Shown: positions 13,823 to 23,795 of the stretch, piece after piece
Position numbering within the stretch: position 1 is the first letter of the stretch
How the letters are laid out: each line of letters opens with the position of its first letter
NCBI RefSeq assembly: GCF_006345805.1
Contig: NC_042997.1
Location: 130,076,001 to 130,140,000 of the forward strand
Length of the DNA: 64,000 bases
Reading direction: 5' to 3'
Source of the DNA: Octopus sinensis
Taxonomy: Eukaryota
Program-made: the position numbers and the translations under genes
Notes under the pieces: generated by a model
Seen by the model: only the letters and a program-made list of their open reading frames with translations
The model's database searches: none
Told to the model about the DNA's origin: nothing

Positions 13823-14713
13823 ATGTATCTTGATTTTGTTGAAATCTAAATTGTTTTGCAAATAGTATTTTTGGTATTGCACGACTGTTATATGAGTAGA
13901 TAATCTATTATAACTCAATGTATTAGTTTTTAATACTTCATTAAATATAAAACAAATATAATAAACAGAAAAAAACTCATTGAACAATTAAGTCATATTA
14001 CATTGTTGTGCTTTTTTTTCTACCTAATAAATGTGGGTAAGGAAAAATTTGCAACTGGGTACAATAAATTATGTGTACCCTTAATTTTAGGGTGGGTTGT
14101 GGGTGTAGAAAGTGCTTATTTTACATTGAGTTTGTAGTCACACCTTAATGATGAGCGCAAGTAACATCTTAGGCAAACTGCAGGGGAGACAACTCTGAAA
14201 TTTTTTTTTTTTAAATGAAACGTGAGTTGTGAGTCAGGCAGCGCTGGCATCGGCCACGTTCGGATGGTGCTTTTTACATGCCACCAGCACGGGTATCATA
14301 ACTACAATTTCCATTTGATCAAGAATCTGACAGAAAAGGCAACAATTAAAGTATTCCTGCTGTAGTGGGAACATAGTGTGACAGGGTTGATGTCCACTTT
14401 TCCATGCTTGCGTAGATCAGACAGAATTCATTGAATCAGATTTTCTATGGTTGGTTGCCCTTCCTGTCACCAACCTTCACTTGCTTCCAAGCAAGGTAAT
14501 ATTTTCTCATGGCTGGACATGTTTTTCATGGAAGATTAGAACCAAAGAACATTGTTTGTATGACAATACTACCTATTTACAAATATTGTGTGATGGCAAG
14601 GCCACGAGACAACACACATACATATAGGGGCTTCTTTCAGTTTCTGTTTACCAAATTCACTCACAGCTTTGTTCTGTCTGGGGCTTAAGTAGTAGACACA
14701 GAGTGAAAGTGCC

Positions 14714-14807
14714 ATTATTTGATGTTTTTTAAAACAGTTGTATGTTTATTTAGAGGCCAGTACAATGGCTGTGGATTGTCTTGGTCAATGGGTTCTTCTT
14801 GGAGGGT
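14714..14807 (+). pseudogene. Duplicated copy of WDR59 exon 2 with about 42 nt of upstream intron, embedded in a SINE in intron 3
   Basis: Aligns to 13166-13261; the exon part (14756-14805) differs by one base (GAC>GAT); AG and GT are retained. Confidence 0.92.
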
Positions 14808-14990
14808 GAACCTGAAACCACATTGTTGGGAAGCAAACCTCTTAACCACACAGTTGTATGTGTGTATATAATTAAGTTAGTGTTAACATATTGAATGCAA
14901 GGAGCATTATTATGATCCATAACTGCCAAATCAGATAATTCTAATAATTGATTTTACAGTCATGTAACAAACTGTTTTCTATCTTAATAG

Positions 14991-15082
14991 TGTGGTCAGA
15001 AACTGGATGTCTATCACTGGCAAGATGGTAGCAATAGCAGCAAACCAATATGTTCCATAAAAGCTCATTCCCGTGTTGTAAG
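14991..15082 (+). CDS. WDR59: WDR59 exon 4 (CGQKLDVYHWQDG...AHSRVVS)
   Basis: aatag/gtgag, 92 nt. Confidence 0.92.
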
Positions 15083-15227
15083 GTGAGATTCATATATCAT
15101 TTCTAAATCTTGTAAACATTCTCTCTTGTTTCTTTTTCTCCCGTATCTTCATTTCTTTTTGAAATATTACCATTGTGTTGAGTCAAAAGTTTTGCAGGAT
15201 TTTGGTTACTTATTCTTTTAACTCTTT

Positions 15228-15600
15228 CAGTCATTTTGACTGTGGCCATGCTGGAGCACCGACATTAGTTGAGCAAATCAACCATAGGACTTATTCTTTG
15301 GAAGCCTAGTACTTATTCTATCAGTCTCTTTTGCTGAACCGCTAAGTTACGGGGACGTAAACACACCAGCATCGGTTGTCAAGCGATGTTGGGGGGGACA
15401 AACACAGACACACAAGCATATACACACACATACATATATATATATATATACGATGGGTTTCTTTCAGTTTCCGTCTACCAAATCCACTCACAAGGCTTTG
15501 GTTGGCCCGAGGCTATAGTAGAAGACACTTGCCCAAGGTGTCACGCAGTGGGACTGAACCTGGAACCATGTGGTTAGTAAGCAAGCTACTTACCACACCC
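15228..15600 (-). mobile_element. tRNA-head SINE (family C) with an internal (CA)/(TA) tract
   Basis: Same structure as 47200-47560 and 43855-44215. Confidence 0.8.
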
Positions 15601-15609
15601 ACTCCTACA

Positions 15610-16665
15610 CCTATAAATTATTTACTTTACTCATCAAGTTATAACAAAAGCAACCTAGCATTCAAAGCAGAAGCCACCATGTTGCACCGTTTGAAGTCAC
15701 CTTTCTATCAGTTCTTTAATTCTATGTTCATACCAGTTCTTGTCCTTTGAGGTGAAGAACTCTTTCACTGAAGCTTCCACCCTCTCTTTGTTGATAAAGT
15801 GTTGTGAGAGCAGGAAGTGAACCATGGATAAGAACAAGTAATAATTTGAGGAAGATGTTTTTCCACAATCTTAACATGCATAAGTAGTGGTTAAGCAAAG
15901 GCCAGCTTCTGGAACCTGTTACCAAACATGGGCATTTCAAAGAGATGTTCTACGTCTGGTGGAATTATGAGGGGATAATTCACTGTGAGTTTGTTCCAGA
16001 TGGTTGAACCATCAATGCCAACCAGTACTCCAAACAGCTGGAATAGATGTATGTCATTGTGTGGCAAAAATACCCCGCATTGGTTAACAAAAACCAAGCT
16101 CTTCTACAGCAAGAGAATGCAAGACCTCATAATGCTCAAACGCCAAAGACTTGAGGGAATAGAACTGATGGCACACCCAGCATATTGTCCAGACCTAATT
16201 CCCTTGGATTATTACTTGTTCCAATATGTGGCTCACTTCCTATGCTCACAACACTTCATCAACCAAGAGGACCTGAAAGCTTCAATGAAGGAACTCTTCA
16301 CCTTGAAGGACAAGAACTGATATAATAATAATAATAATGAAATTATTGTATACAGTGCTCAGGTGCACCACAACTTGTCTGGAAAGTGAACAGTGTATGA
16401 GTCAGATACATGCTTGTGTGTGCATGGAGGGGACAAAATCAGGTGTAGCGTTGGCGAATCTCAGGAAGCATGGAAGTTTTGAAGGATGCAATGCTCCGAC
16501 AACTAACAACTGGTGCCGGCAGTTTATTCCATACTTCAGCAACTCTTAACATGCAAAAATGTTTCCTAAGGTCATGGGAGCTGTGCTGTTTTCTGTTATA
16601 ACTTGTCAAATAAAGCTAATAAGTTACCAAAATATTGCAAAACTTTTGAGCACAATAAATCATTC
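15610..16665 (+). mobile_element. Degenerate mariner element, interrupted by a LINE 3' fragment, with an inverted copy of its 3' end at about 15640-15790
   Basis: VWWNYEGIIHCEF and MAHPAYCPDLIPLDYYLF (mariner HPPYSPDLAPSDY motif); minus strand 15650-15790 reads VEASVKEFFTSKDKNWYEHRIKEL. Confidence 0.8.
16322..16595 (-). mobile_element. 5'-truncated 3' end of a related CR1/L2-group LINE
   Basis: Encodes RKQHSSHDLRKHFCMLRVAEVWNKLP...PEIRQRYT*, with the same terminal stem-loop and (ATT)n tail as 17229-20845. Confidence 0.88.
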
Positions 16666-17313
16666 TTTAACTATCAACATTTGAAAGTGAACTATTGCTC
16701 TAATCAGTCTCCAGTCAGTGAAGTATTTATTAGGTGATATGAATAATCATCACCTTTGCTTTCATGTCTGTTTTCTTATACTAGCTTAAGTTGAATAGGA
16801 TTTTTAGAGGTAGCTGGATCCCCTTCCTAATAGTAGCCATTTTAAATGCCTCTTATAATATGCAGGAATACAGTGTACCTAATCTAAAAATGGAGGCACA
16901 CACATTTTTTTTCTCTTCAGTATTTGGATCAAAGACAGGATATATTTCAAGCTGCTTCTGTTGTTATCACCACTGGACATCATTGATCCAAGTTAGTCCT
17001 ACTTCAACCAATGTATGTGACCAAGAATATTGTTTGAATGTAAAGGTCAATGTTTTGAGCAATAGTCACTTTATCTTTATTGTGGGATACACTATTCAAA
17101 AATATACGATCATTTCAATAATTCTTCATTTACATCATCATGAAAAATGGACATTAAATGATGATGAGAGGAGGATTAACTTCCTGTATGACAAGGTACT
17201 GCACTGGTCTTGAAATGCATGATATCACAATAATAATAATAATAATAATAATTGTGTACAGTGCTCAGGTGCACTACAACTCATCTAAAGTGTATATATA
17301 ATCAGGTGTAGTT

Positions 17314-20067
17314 TCAACGGATTTCGGGAAGCATGAGGGCCTTAAAGGATGCAGTGTCATGGCAGTCAACAACTGATGCAGGCAGTTTATTCCACGCTTC
17401 AGCAACCCTGAGCGTGAAAAAATGTTTCCGAAAGTCATGGGAGCTGTGCTGTTTTCTGACTTTGTAGGCATGTCCATGTGTGTTAGACACATGGAGATCA
17501 AAAAGGTGTTCAGTGTTGTTGTTGGTGAGGTGGTTGATAACCTTGTGGGTGTTTACCAAGTCTGTCGCCAGACGCCGGAGCTTCAGTGAATCCATGCCCA
17601 GGGAAACAAGGCGCTCAGAATATGGTAGGTGTCTGATGGAGGGTATGCGTATGGTTGCACGTCTCTGGACAGATTCCAGGAGGTCAATGTTCTGAGCAAG
17701 ATAGGGATTCCAAACTGATGATGCGAATTCCAAGTGTGGTCGTACCATAGCTGTATACAGTTTTAAATAGATGGCTGGAGAGCGGCTAACAAAAGTCTTG
17801 CTGAGTGATGCCAAGACACCCTCGGCCTTCTTGACAATTTTAGAGATATGCTTTGTCCAACGCAAATCACTGCTGACAGTGATGCCTAGGTCACGCTCAC
17901 AAGAGGATTTCTTGATATCAGTGTTGTGAAGGGAGTATGTGGACGCAGGGTTTTTTCTCCCAAAATGCATGGTGGTACACTTGTCCACAGCCAGTTTCAG
18001 TTGCCAGTCTGTGATCCATTGCTGCATTGTGTCTAGGTCTGATTGCAGGAAAGAGTTGTAGACATCAGGATCAGTCCTCTTGATTTCAAGGTACAGCTTG
18101 ATGTCGTCTGCATATTTCAATACTGTGGCATTCTTTAAATTGGCATCTATGTCATTAATGTATGCCACAAACAGGAGGGGACCAAGGACAGATCCCTGTG
18201 GCACACCCGATGACATCTCATATGGTGTAGAGTGCTGTCCTAGAACTGTGACTACCTCCTTTCGGCTGAGGATGAAGGATTTCAACCAGTTAAAAAGGTC
18301 ATCCCCCACACCCATTGCAGAGAGTTTCACCATAAGCCTTTTGTGTGGCACAGAGTTGAAAGCCTTAGCAAAGTCAAGGTAGACAACATCCACCCATGAG
18401 CCACTGTCAGTGATCTGAGTAATGTCCTCAAGGAACTCGACAAGCTGGTCACTGCAGCTGGAGTTAGGGACAAATCCATATTGTGAGGGTCGGATGAGAC
18501 TGTGAGAGCTCCAGAAGTTCCAGAGTGTTTCTCTGACACACGATTCCATCAGTTTTGCAATACAGCTAGTGAGATTGACTGGGCAATAGTTGACAGGTGA
18601 TGTGCGGTCACCCTTTTTGAACAGAGGAATGACACTGGCAGTTTTCCACTGCTCCGGAGTAGCACCATTGTTGAGACAGTACTGGAAGAAAATAGAAAGC
18701 TGGTGTAAAAGGAAGTGCCTGCCATGTTTGAGAAGCAGGTATGTAACTCCATCGAGACCAGGGGAGGCATAGTTGCGCTTATTTTGAAGGTGACGTCGCA
18801 GCATTGCAGGTGTAAATTCCATAGTTGTTATGGAGTTTGCTGTTAGTGATGGTGAAGATGGTACATTTTGACTTTCGACAGTGAATATGTTTGCATAGCA
18901 CTCGGCAATGAGTTCTGCGCATTCCTTGGGGTCGTCAGTGATCTGGTTCGTGTGAGGGTTGCGAAGAGGGCCCACTGGAGAGTGAGGTCTCTGCTTTGAA
19001 TGCACATATTTCCAGAAAACCTTGCTGTCAGGATTGGCTGCTATGCACTGTTCAAATTCAAGCACTGCATTTTTTGTCACTTGCTTGAGATGGTTGGAGG
19101 ATTTATTCCGCTTCTTCCTGTTGGTGTCTGATTTATGCAACTTGTATTCCTGTTCAGCAGTCCGACGTTCCTTCCTGGCAAGTCGGACCGCTGAAGTTTC
19201 CCAAATTGCCCTTTTGGGGCGGTTCTTCTTTTTTTGTTTACATGGCACTGATGCTGCACATGCTGCCCATATTGAGTCCAGGATACTCTGGAGTATAGTA
19301 TTCACATCTCCAGAGTTGTAGAATTCACGCCAGTTTGGGTGCTGTAGTTCAGTGTGGTACAGGTTCCAATCTGCTCTCTTCCAATCGAAGGAAGCAGATT
19401 GGAGATGGTTCAGGTGTTTGTTGCCCGCAAGAGCCAGATTGGCGATGATCATAGCATGATCAGAGTCACCTAGAGGTTCCTCCGTAGTGCAATTGATAAC
19501 CGCTTCAGGAGTTGTGGTGAAGAGCAGGTCCAAGGTGTTGTCGCCTCTTGTTGGAGAGGTGACTACTTGTGACCAGTTTGAGTCCAGCACAAGCTCAACA
19601 AAATCGTTTGCACTCTGTGGCCAACGGAAGGTTTCCCAATCAATCTCAGGATGATTGAAATCGCCTGCAATAAACACATAAGTGGCTGTTTTCCTGGCTG
19701 CAGCTCGGAGGATGTTGCAAAGCTGTGTGTCCTGATGGTAATTTGGGGGACGATAAACAACGCCAAGCAGGAGTGTTGACATGGTCATACGTACGTCACA
19801 GAAAAAAACTTCTTCTTGTGATTCGTTCAAATCGGCACAAGGAATTACCAAAAAATTTGAACGAACGTAGACCATCACACCACCACCACGGCGGTTAGTG
19901 CGGTCCTTACGGAAGAGGTTGTACCCCGTGATGTTGAAAACCCCATCACAGAGTAAGGAATGCGCCCATGTTTCCGTGACAGTGATGAAGTCAGGGTCAA
20001 CACTTCTGACGTAGGCGTTGAACAAATGTATTTTGTTGCATAAACTGCGAGCATTTAAGGACAACAA
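17314..20067 (-). CDS. LINE ORF2: apurinic endonuclease + reverse transcriptase, no initiating AUG (frame stays open upstream into the ORF1 end)
   Basis: APE motifs VTETW, VYRPP, GDFNHP, LDLLF, SDH; RT motifs YLDFAKAF, QGSVLGPLLF, YADD, RDLGI; CR1/L2-type C-terminus FFTLRVAEAWNKLP. Confidence 0.95.
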   Translation of the reverse strand: MLSLNARSLCNKIHLFNAYVRSVDPDFITVTETWAHSLLCDGVFNITGYNLFRKDRTNRRGGGVMVYVRSNFLVIPCADLNESQEEVFFCDVRMTMSTLLLGVVYRPPNYHQDTQLCNILRAAARKTATYVFIAGDFNHPEIDWETFRWPQSANDFVELVLDSNWSQVVTSPTRGDNTLDLLFTTTPEAVINCTTEEPLGDSDHAMIIANLALAGNKHLNHLQSASFDWKRADWNLYHTELQHPNWREFYNSGDVNTILQSILDSIWAACAASVPCKQKKKNRPKRAIWETSAVRLARKERRTAEQEYKLHKSDTNRKKRNKSSNHLKQVTKNAVLEFEQCIAANPDSKVFWKYVHSKQRPHSPVGPLRNPHTNQITDDPKECAELIAECYANIFTVESQNVPSSPSLTANSITTMEFTPAMLRRHLQNKRNYASPGLDGVTYLLLKHGRHFLLHQLSIFFQYCLNNGATPEQWKTASVIPLFKKGDRTSPVNYCPVNLTSCIAKLMESCVRETLWNFWSSHSLIRPSQYGFVPNSSCSDQLVEFLEDITQITDSGSWVDVVYLDFAKAFNSVPHKRLMVKLSAMGVGDDLFNWLKSFILSRKEVVTVLGQHSTPYEMSSGVPQGSVLGPLLFVAYINDIDANLKNATVLKYADDIKLYLEIKRTDPDVYNSFLQSDLDTMQQWITDWQLKLAVDKCTTMHFGRKNPASTYSLHNTDIKKSSCERDLGITVSSDLRWTKHISKIVKKAEGVLASLSKTFVSRSPAIYLKLYTAMVRPHLEFASSVWNPYLAQNIDLLESVQRRATIRIPSIRHLPYSERLVSLGMDSLKLRRLATDLVNTHKVINHLTNNNTEHLFDLHVSNTHGHAYKVRKQHSSHDFRKHFFTLRVAEAWNKLPASVVDCHDTASFKALMLPEIR

Positions 20068-20133
20068 TTTGTACCCTGCTCGCAGTTTATGATGGTGTGT
20101 GGAGGATGGCAGATTGTCCTGGCTTAGTTTCCC
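20039..20133 (-). promoter_or_regulatory. Putative -1 programmed ribosomal frameshift signal (G GGA AAC + 6 nt + H-type pseudoknot)
   Basis: Heptamer 20133-20127 directly before the ORF1 TAA; the -1 frame is continuous into ORF2; 7-bp and 15-bp stems are interleaved. Confidence 0.78.
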
Positions 20134-20831
20134 TGAGTTGCTGTAGTCTTTTTAGTTATTGTGGGTAGAGAGCACTCAGACCAGCTGGTATCTCTCTTCC
20201 ACGTTTCATCAGTCTTGACAAATCTCCAGATTTGTCCATCTTCCCGAAGACTGAAGCTTTCCTGTAGAGCTGAGTTCCTATTCAGGGAAGCCGCTACACG
20301 TAGCTTCGGACGTAGATCGGACGGTAAGCCTGGGCGTGTTCGGAAGGTGGTCCGATTTTCACGCCCAGCTTTAACTGAGGCCAGATGGTAAGAGGTTGCC
20401 TCAGTGTGGTCCGAAAAAGACAGCTTGATGAGCCTAGGTTTTGGGCCAGGTTGTCCAAGGCGGATAGCACCCGTTGGGGGAACGCAGCCTAGGTCTTTGG
20501 CTGAGTTGGCAGCAAATGCCTGAAGATCAGCCATGTCTTCAGGCACCCCAATGGCAATGACTTCATGGGTAGCAGAATCCGCGGTCTTAGATGCGACAAG
20601 AGGTACAGGTACAGGGAGGTTCTTTAGCAGAGCATTCCGATAAGACCCCTCATTGTGGAGTCCAACCTGAATGGTTGCTTTTATTCCTGCTACTTCCCCT
20701 CTTAAAGCACAGATCGATTGTTGCAGTTCTGCAAGAACCGCACTGGTCAATTGGTGTTGTTGTTGTTGCTGCTGCTGCTCTGGTTGTGGTTGATTTTGTA
20801 CAAGAATTGTACTAACTTTGTTTACATTCAT
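20124..20831 (-). CDS. LINE ORF1: polyQ/coiled-coil followed by an L1-ORF1p-like RRM/CTD region
   Basis: VIAIGVPE...IRLG...PRLIKLSF pattern typical of RRM-type LINE ORF1; the N-terminus may be truncated or partly read from flank. Confidence 0.8.
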   Translation of the reverse strand: MNVNKVSTILVQNQPQPEQQQQQQQHQLTSAVLAELQQSICALRGEVAGIKATIQVGLHNEGSYRNALLKNLPVPVPLVASKTADSATHEVIAIGVPEDMADLQAFAANSAKDLGCVPPTGAIRLGQPGPKPRLIKLSFSDHTEATSYHLASVKAGRENRTTFRTRPGLPSDLRPKLRVAASLNRNSALQESFSLREDGQIWRFVKTDETWKRDTSWSECSLPTITKKTTATQGN

Positions 20832-20965
20832 TGTTTACATTCATTTTAAAGGAAGTGAGGAACCCTCTAATGTAAGGGAAAACCTAAGTCTTCTATCATT
20901 CATTTCTGTTTTGTAACATTCCTTGTACTTTTGTTGTTTTTTATTATTTGTATTTGCTTTTTGTT

Positions 20966-20988
20966 TGATATATATGTGTGTGTATATA

Positions 20989-21053
<65 letters not shown>
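20966..21053. repeat. (TA)n microsatellite just upstream of the WDR59 exon 5 acceptor
   Basis: Long near-perfect TA run. Confidence 0.95.
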
Positions 21054-21057
<4 letters not shown>

Positions 21058-21079
21058 CATTTTGTGTGTATTTCTTTAG

Positions 21080-21160
21080 TGATTTAGATTGGTCACCATT
21101 TGATGTCAACATCCTGGCTTCTTGCTCTGTTGATTCCTACACTTTTCTCTGGGATATCAG
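21080..21160 (+). CDS. WDR59: WDR59 exon 5 (DLDWSPFDVNILASCSVDSYTFLWDIR)
   Basis: tttag/gtcag, 81 nt, WD40 signature. Confidence 0.94.
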
Positions 21161-21975
21161 GTCAGTCCTTGTATTTTATTGAATAAAACAATATTTAGTG
21201 ATATTTCCATGATATCAGTAATATTGTATCATCATCATCACCATCATCATCATCATTGTAATCAGCTGCATTATTTTCAGTGCACCATAATTCAATCAAG
21301 GAATATAATTAATGCTGTGAAATATCTAGAGAGAATCTTCAATTCAAGCTGTTCTGCTTTTATTGCAAGTAAATTTTGTAAAAACACAGTTTTGACTCAA
21401 CTAGGGAATCAAAACCTGTTTTATGGTTTTTATTATCAGCTACATTATCCTTTGATTGAGCCAATTAAATTTTACTTAATCTGCATGGTTGTATTTGTTA
21501 TCATTAAGATATTCAAAATGCATGAAAATCATTGTTAGGATGTATTATAACTCTGACTTAAGCTCTGGTACTTGAAGGATACCAAATGGAACTGTAAAAC
21601 CTTAGAAAGAATAAGTCAGTTGATTGTCACATTGATGCATACCAATAAAAAGAATATCTTAGACTAGGAGGAACATAAGTAAATAATGTATACACAAAAT
21701 ATTCTGTAATTAAAATAAAAACATTTTATTCTTGTTCTGTTATGTAATTCACATGTGTAACAGTCATAATAGCTTACTAATGACTATATTAAAATGTAGA
21801 ATCTGTCTCCTACTATGTGAATTCAGTTATTTGCATAAGAAACTATGTAATTAAGTGGAATTACCCATGTTATGTATTCGTTTGTTGTTGCAAGTTTGTT
21901 GCCACTGGTATTAATATAGCAAATACACTCACAAAATTGCTCTATATATTCAATGCTGGCTTTGTTATTTTTCAG

Positions 21976-22013
21976 AGAACCAAAGAAACCTACGGGATCA
22001 TTTCAAACAGTTG
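21976..22013 (+). CDS. WDR59: WDR59 exon 6 (EPKKPTGSFQTV)
   Basis: ttcag/gtgag, 38 nt, phases fit both neighbours. Confidence 0.87.
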
Positions 22014-22139
22014 GTGAGTATATACTGTAGTTGACAACAACAGTGTCATGTGAACCACTAGTTTACAAATATTTCCTTATGTTCTGCTATGTTTAGACAA
22101 CCCATGCAAACATATAAAAACTGACATAAAAATGATAAA

Positions 22140-22177
<38 letters not shown>

Positions 22178-22389
22178 CAAATTTGAGGTCAATTCAAATA
22201 TGTTTGACCTGTAAAGAGGCATTTTCACTGCAGTTTGCCATGGAGAAATATTCTCACTTTCAGCAAAAGGTATTGAAAATAACTGAGTCAGTTCAAAGCA
22301 GCGATTATGCTAGAAATGCACCTACAAGTCCATAGGAGATGCTTTGAACTGACTTTTCACCATCAGCAAAAGTTTTTCCCTCATACCAA

Positions 22390-23053
22390 ACCACAGTGAA
22401 AATGCCTCTTTGGAGATATGCTGTGCATGAGAAGACCCGGCAAGCCGAGTGAGACCATAACTGTGGCCTATGCCAATGCAGCATAACCGGACCATTTAAG
22501 AGTACTCTTCAATCATTGGGCAATAAGCTGCGCTTGTGAAGACCTGTTGAGTCAAATGAAGTCATTGTTGTAGCCGATGACAGTACTGCCTGATTGATAC
22601 CCATGCTGGTGGCACATGGAAACCCCCATTCAAATGTGGTCCATGCCAGTTCTGTCTGACTGGTTCCCATGTTGGTGGCATGTAAAAAGCACCATTCGAG
22701 CATGGTTGATGCCAGTACCGGCTGACTGGTCCCATGCCAGTGGCACATAAAAAGCACCATTTGAGTGTGATCGTTGCCAGTGCTGCCTGCCTGACCTCCA
22801 TGCCGGTGGCGTGTAAAAAGCACCATTTAAGCATGGTCGATGCCAGTACCACCTGACTGACCCTCATGGCAGTGGCACGTAAAAAGCACCCACTACACTC
22901 TTGGGGTGGTTGGCATTAGGAAAGGCATCCAGCTGTAGAAACACTGCCAGATCAGATTGGAGTCTGGTGCAGCCTTCTGGCTTGCCAGCCCTCAGTCAAA
23001 CTGTCCAACCCATGCCAGCATGGAAAGCAAACGTTAAACGATGATGATGATGA
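22390..23053 (+). mobile_element. Family A repeat with internal tandem ggtggcacgtaaaaagcacc units
   Basis: About five 60-65 bp subunits followed by the common tail. Confidence 0.85.
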
Positions 23054-23099
23054 TATATACATGGGTGATGTATTACCGTATTCGTATATATTTATATCT

Positions 23100-23239
23100 A
23101 TTTATTTTATAGAAGGAGCTTCTACAGGACTAGAACTGTTTCATTCAAAAGAAATCATCAGGAAGCTCCTGCGCTTCCTGATGATTTCTTTTGAATGAAA
23201 CAGTTCTAGTCCTGTAGAAGCTCCTTCTATAAAATAAAT
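23100..23239. repeat. Perfect fold-back (67-bp arms, 6-nt loop); each arm carries a type I hammerhead core
   Basis: Arms 23100-23166 and 23173-23239 are exact reverse complements. Confidence 0.95.
23114..23170 (-). ncRNA. Type I hammerhead ribozyme motif (second copy on + strand, 23173-23221)
   Basis: AGGAGCUUC-CUGAUGA-U UUC UUUU GAA U-GAAACAG(uucuaguc)CUGUA/GAAGCUCCU: 9-bp stem I, intact core, GUA cleavage triplet. Confidence 0.75.
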
Positions 23240-23706
23240 TAATTTACTCTGCTATGTATTGAGTACCTTATTTACTGTGGTTAACCCTGACTCAACCCGG
23301 TACCTACATATATTTATATCTATATATATATAGTACTATGAATTATATGTTAGACCTGTGTGTTGTGATGATTGTTGTGTTACTATATCTACTAATGTCT
23401 GTTGTGCTGTAATTTATAACATCTATTCTGTTGCAGTGCATATTGTGTCGTAGTCTGCTGTGTTGTAGTGTCTTCTATATAATGTCTGCTCTGTTGTTAT
23501 GTCTACTTTGTCATTATGACAATTGTATTACATCTATTGTGCTGTTATGAAATATAGGTCGTCTTGTCTGTGTGTTACTTGTAATTGATTATACATAAGA
23601 TTATTGTGCCATTTTTCACAAGATGTTTTATCATTTGATGACCAAATCACATGAGAAAGGAGGATATTTTTACAAATGCTGCCTTTTCTTTTGTCTTTTC
23701 CTTAAG

Positions 23707-23795
23707 CTGGTGCCTCTCAAGTTCAATGGAACAAAGTTACCAACAACACATTTGCTACAACACATGAAGGGGATGTCAGAATTTGGGATCCAAGG
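23707..23795 (+). CDS. WDR59: WDR59 exon 7 (AGASQVQWNKV...HEGDVRIWDPR)
   Basis: ttaag/gtagg, 89 nt. Confidence 0.94.

Larger units (their letters stand above)
17229..20845 (-). mobile_element. Near full-length CR1/L2-group LINE (ORF1 + APE-RT ORF2, 3' stem-loop, (ATT)n tail), antisense in WDR59 intron 4
   Basis: Two long open ORFs, GC-richer than flanks, 3' tail of about 8 ATT units at 17229-17253; 5' boundary uncertain and no TSD found. Confidence 0.93.

Noticed and set aside
17480-20815. Plus-strand and alternative-frame ORFs overlapping the LINE
   Set aside because: Shadow ORFs of GC-richer coding sequence; no motifs.
22600-22900. Regularly spaced ggtggcacgtaaaaagcacc repeats resembling a CRISPR array (also 41640-41935, 44440-44660)
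   Set aside because: Eukaryotic context, the spacers resemble each other, no cas genes; these are internal tandem units of the RTE-tail family.
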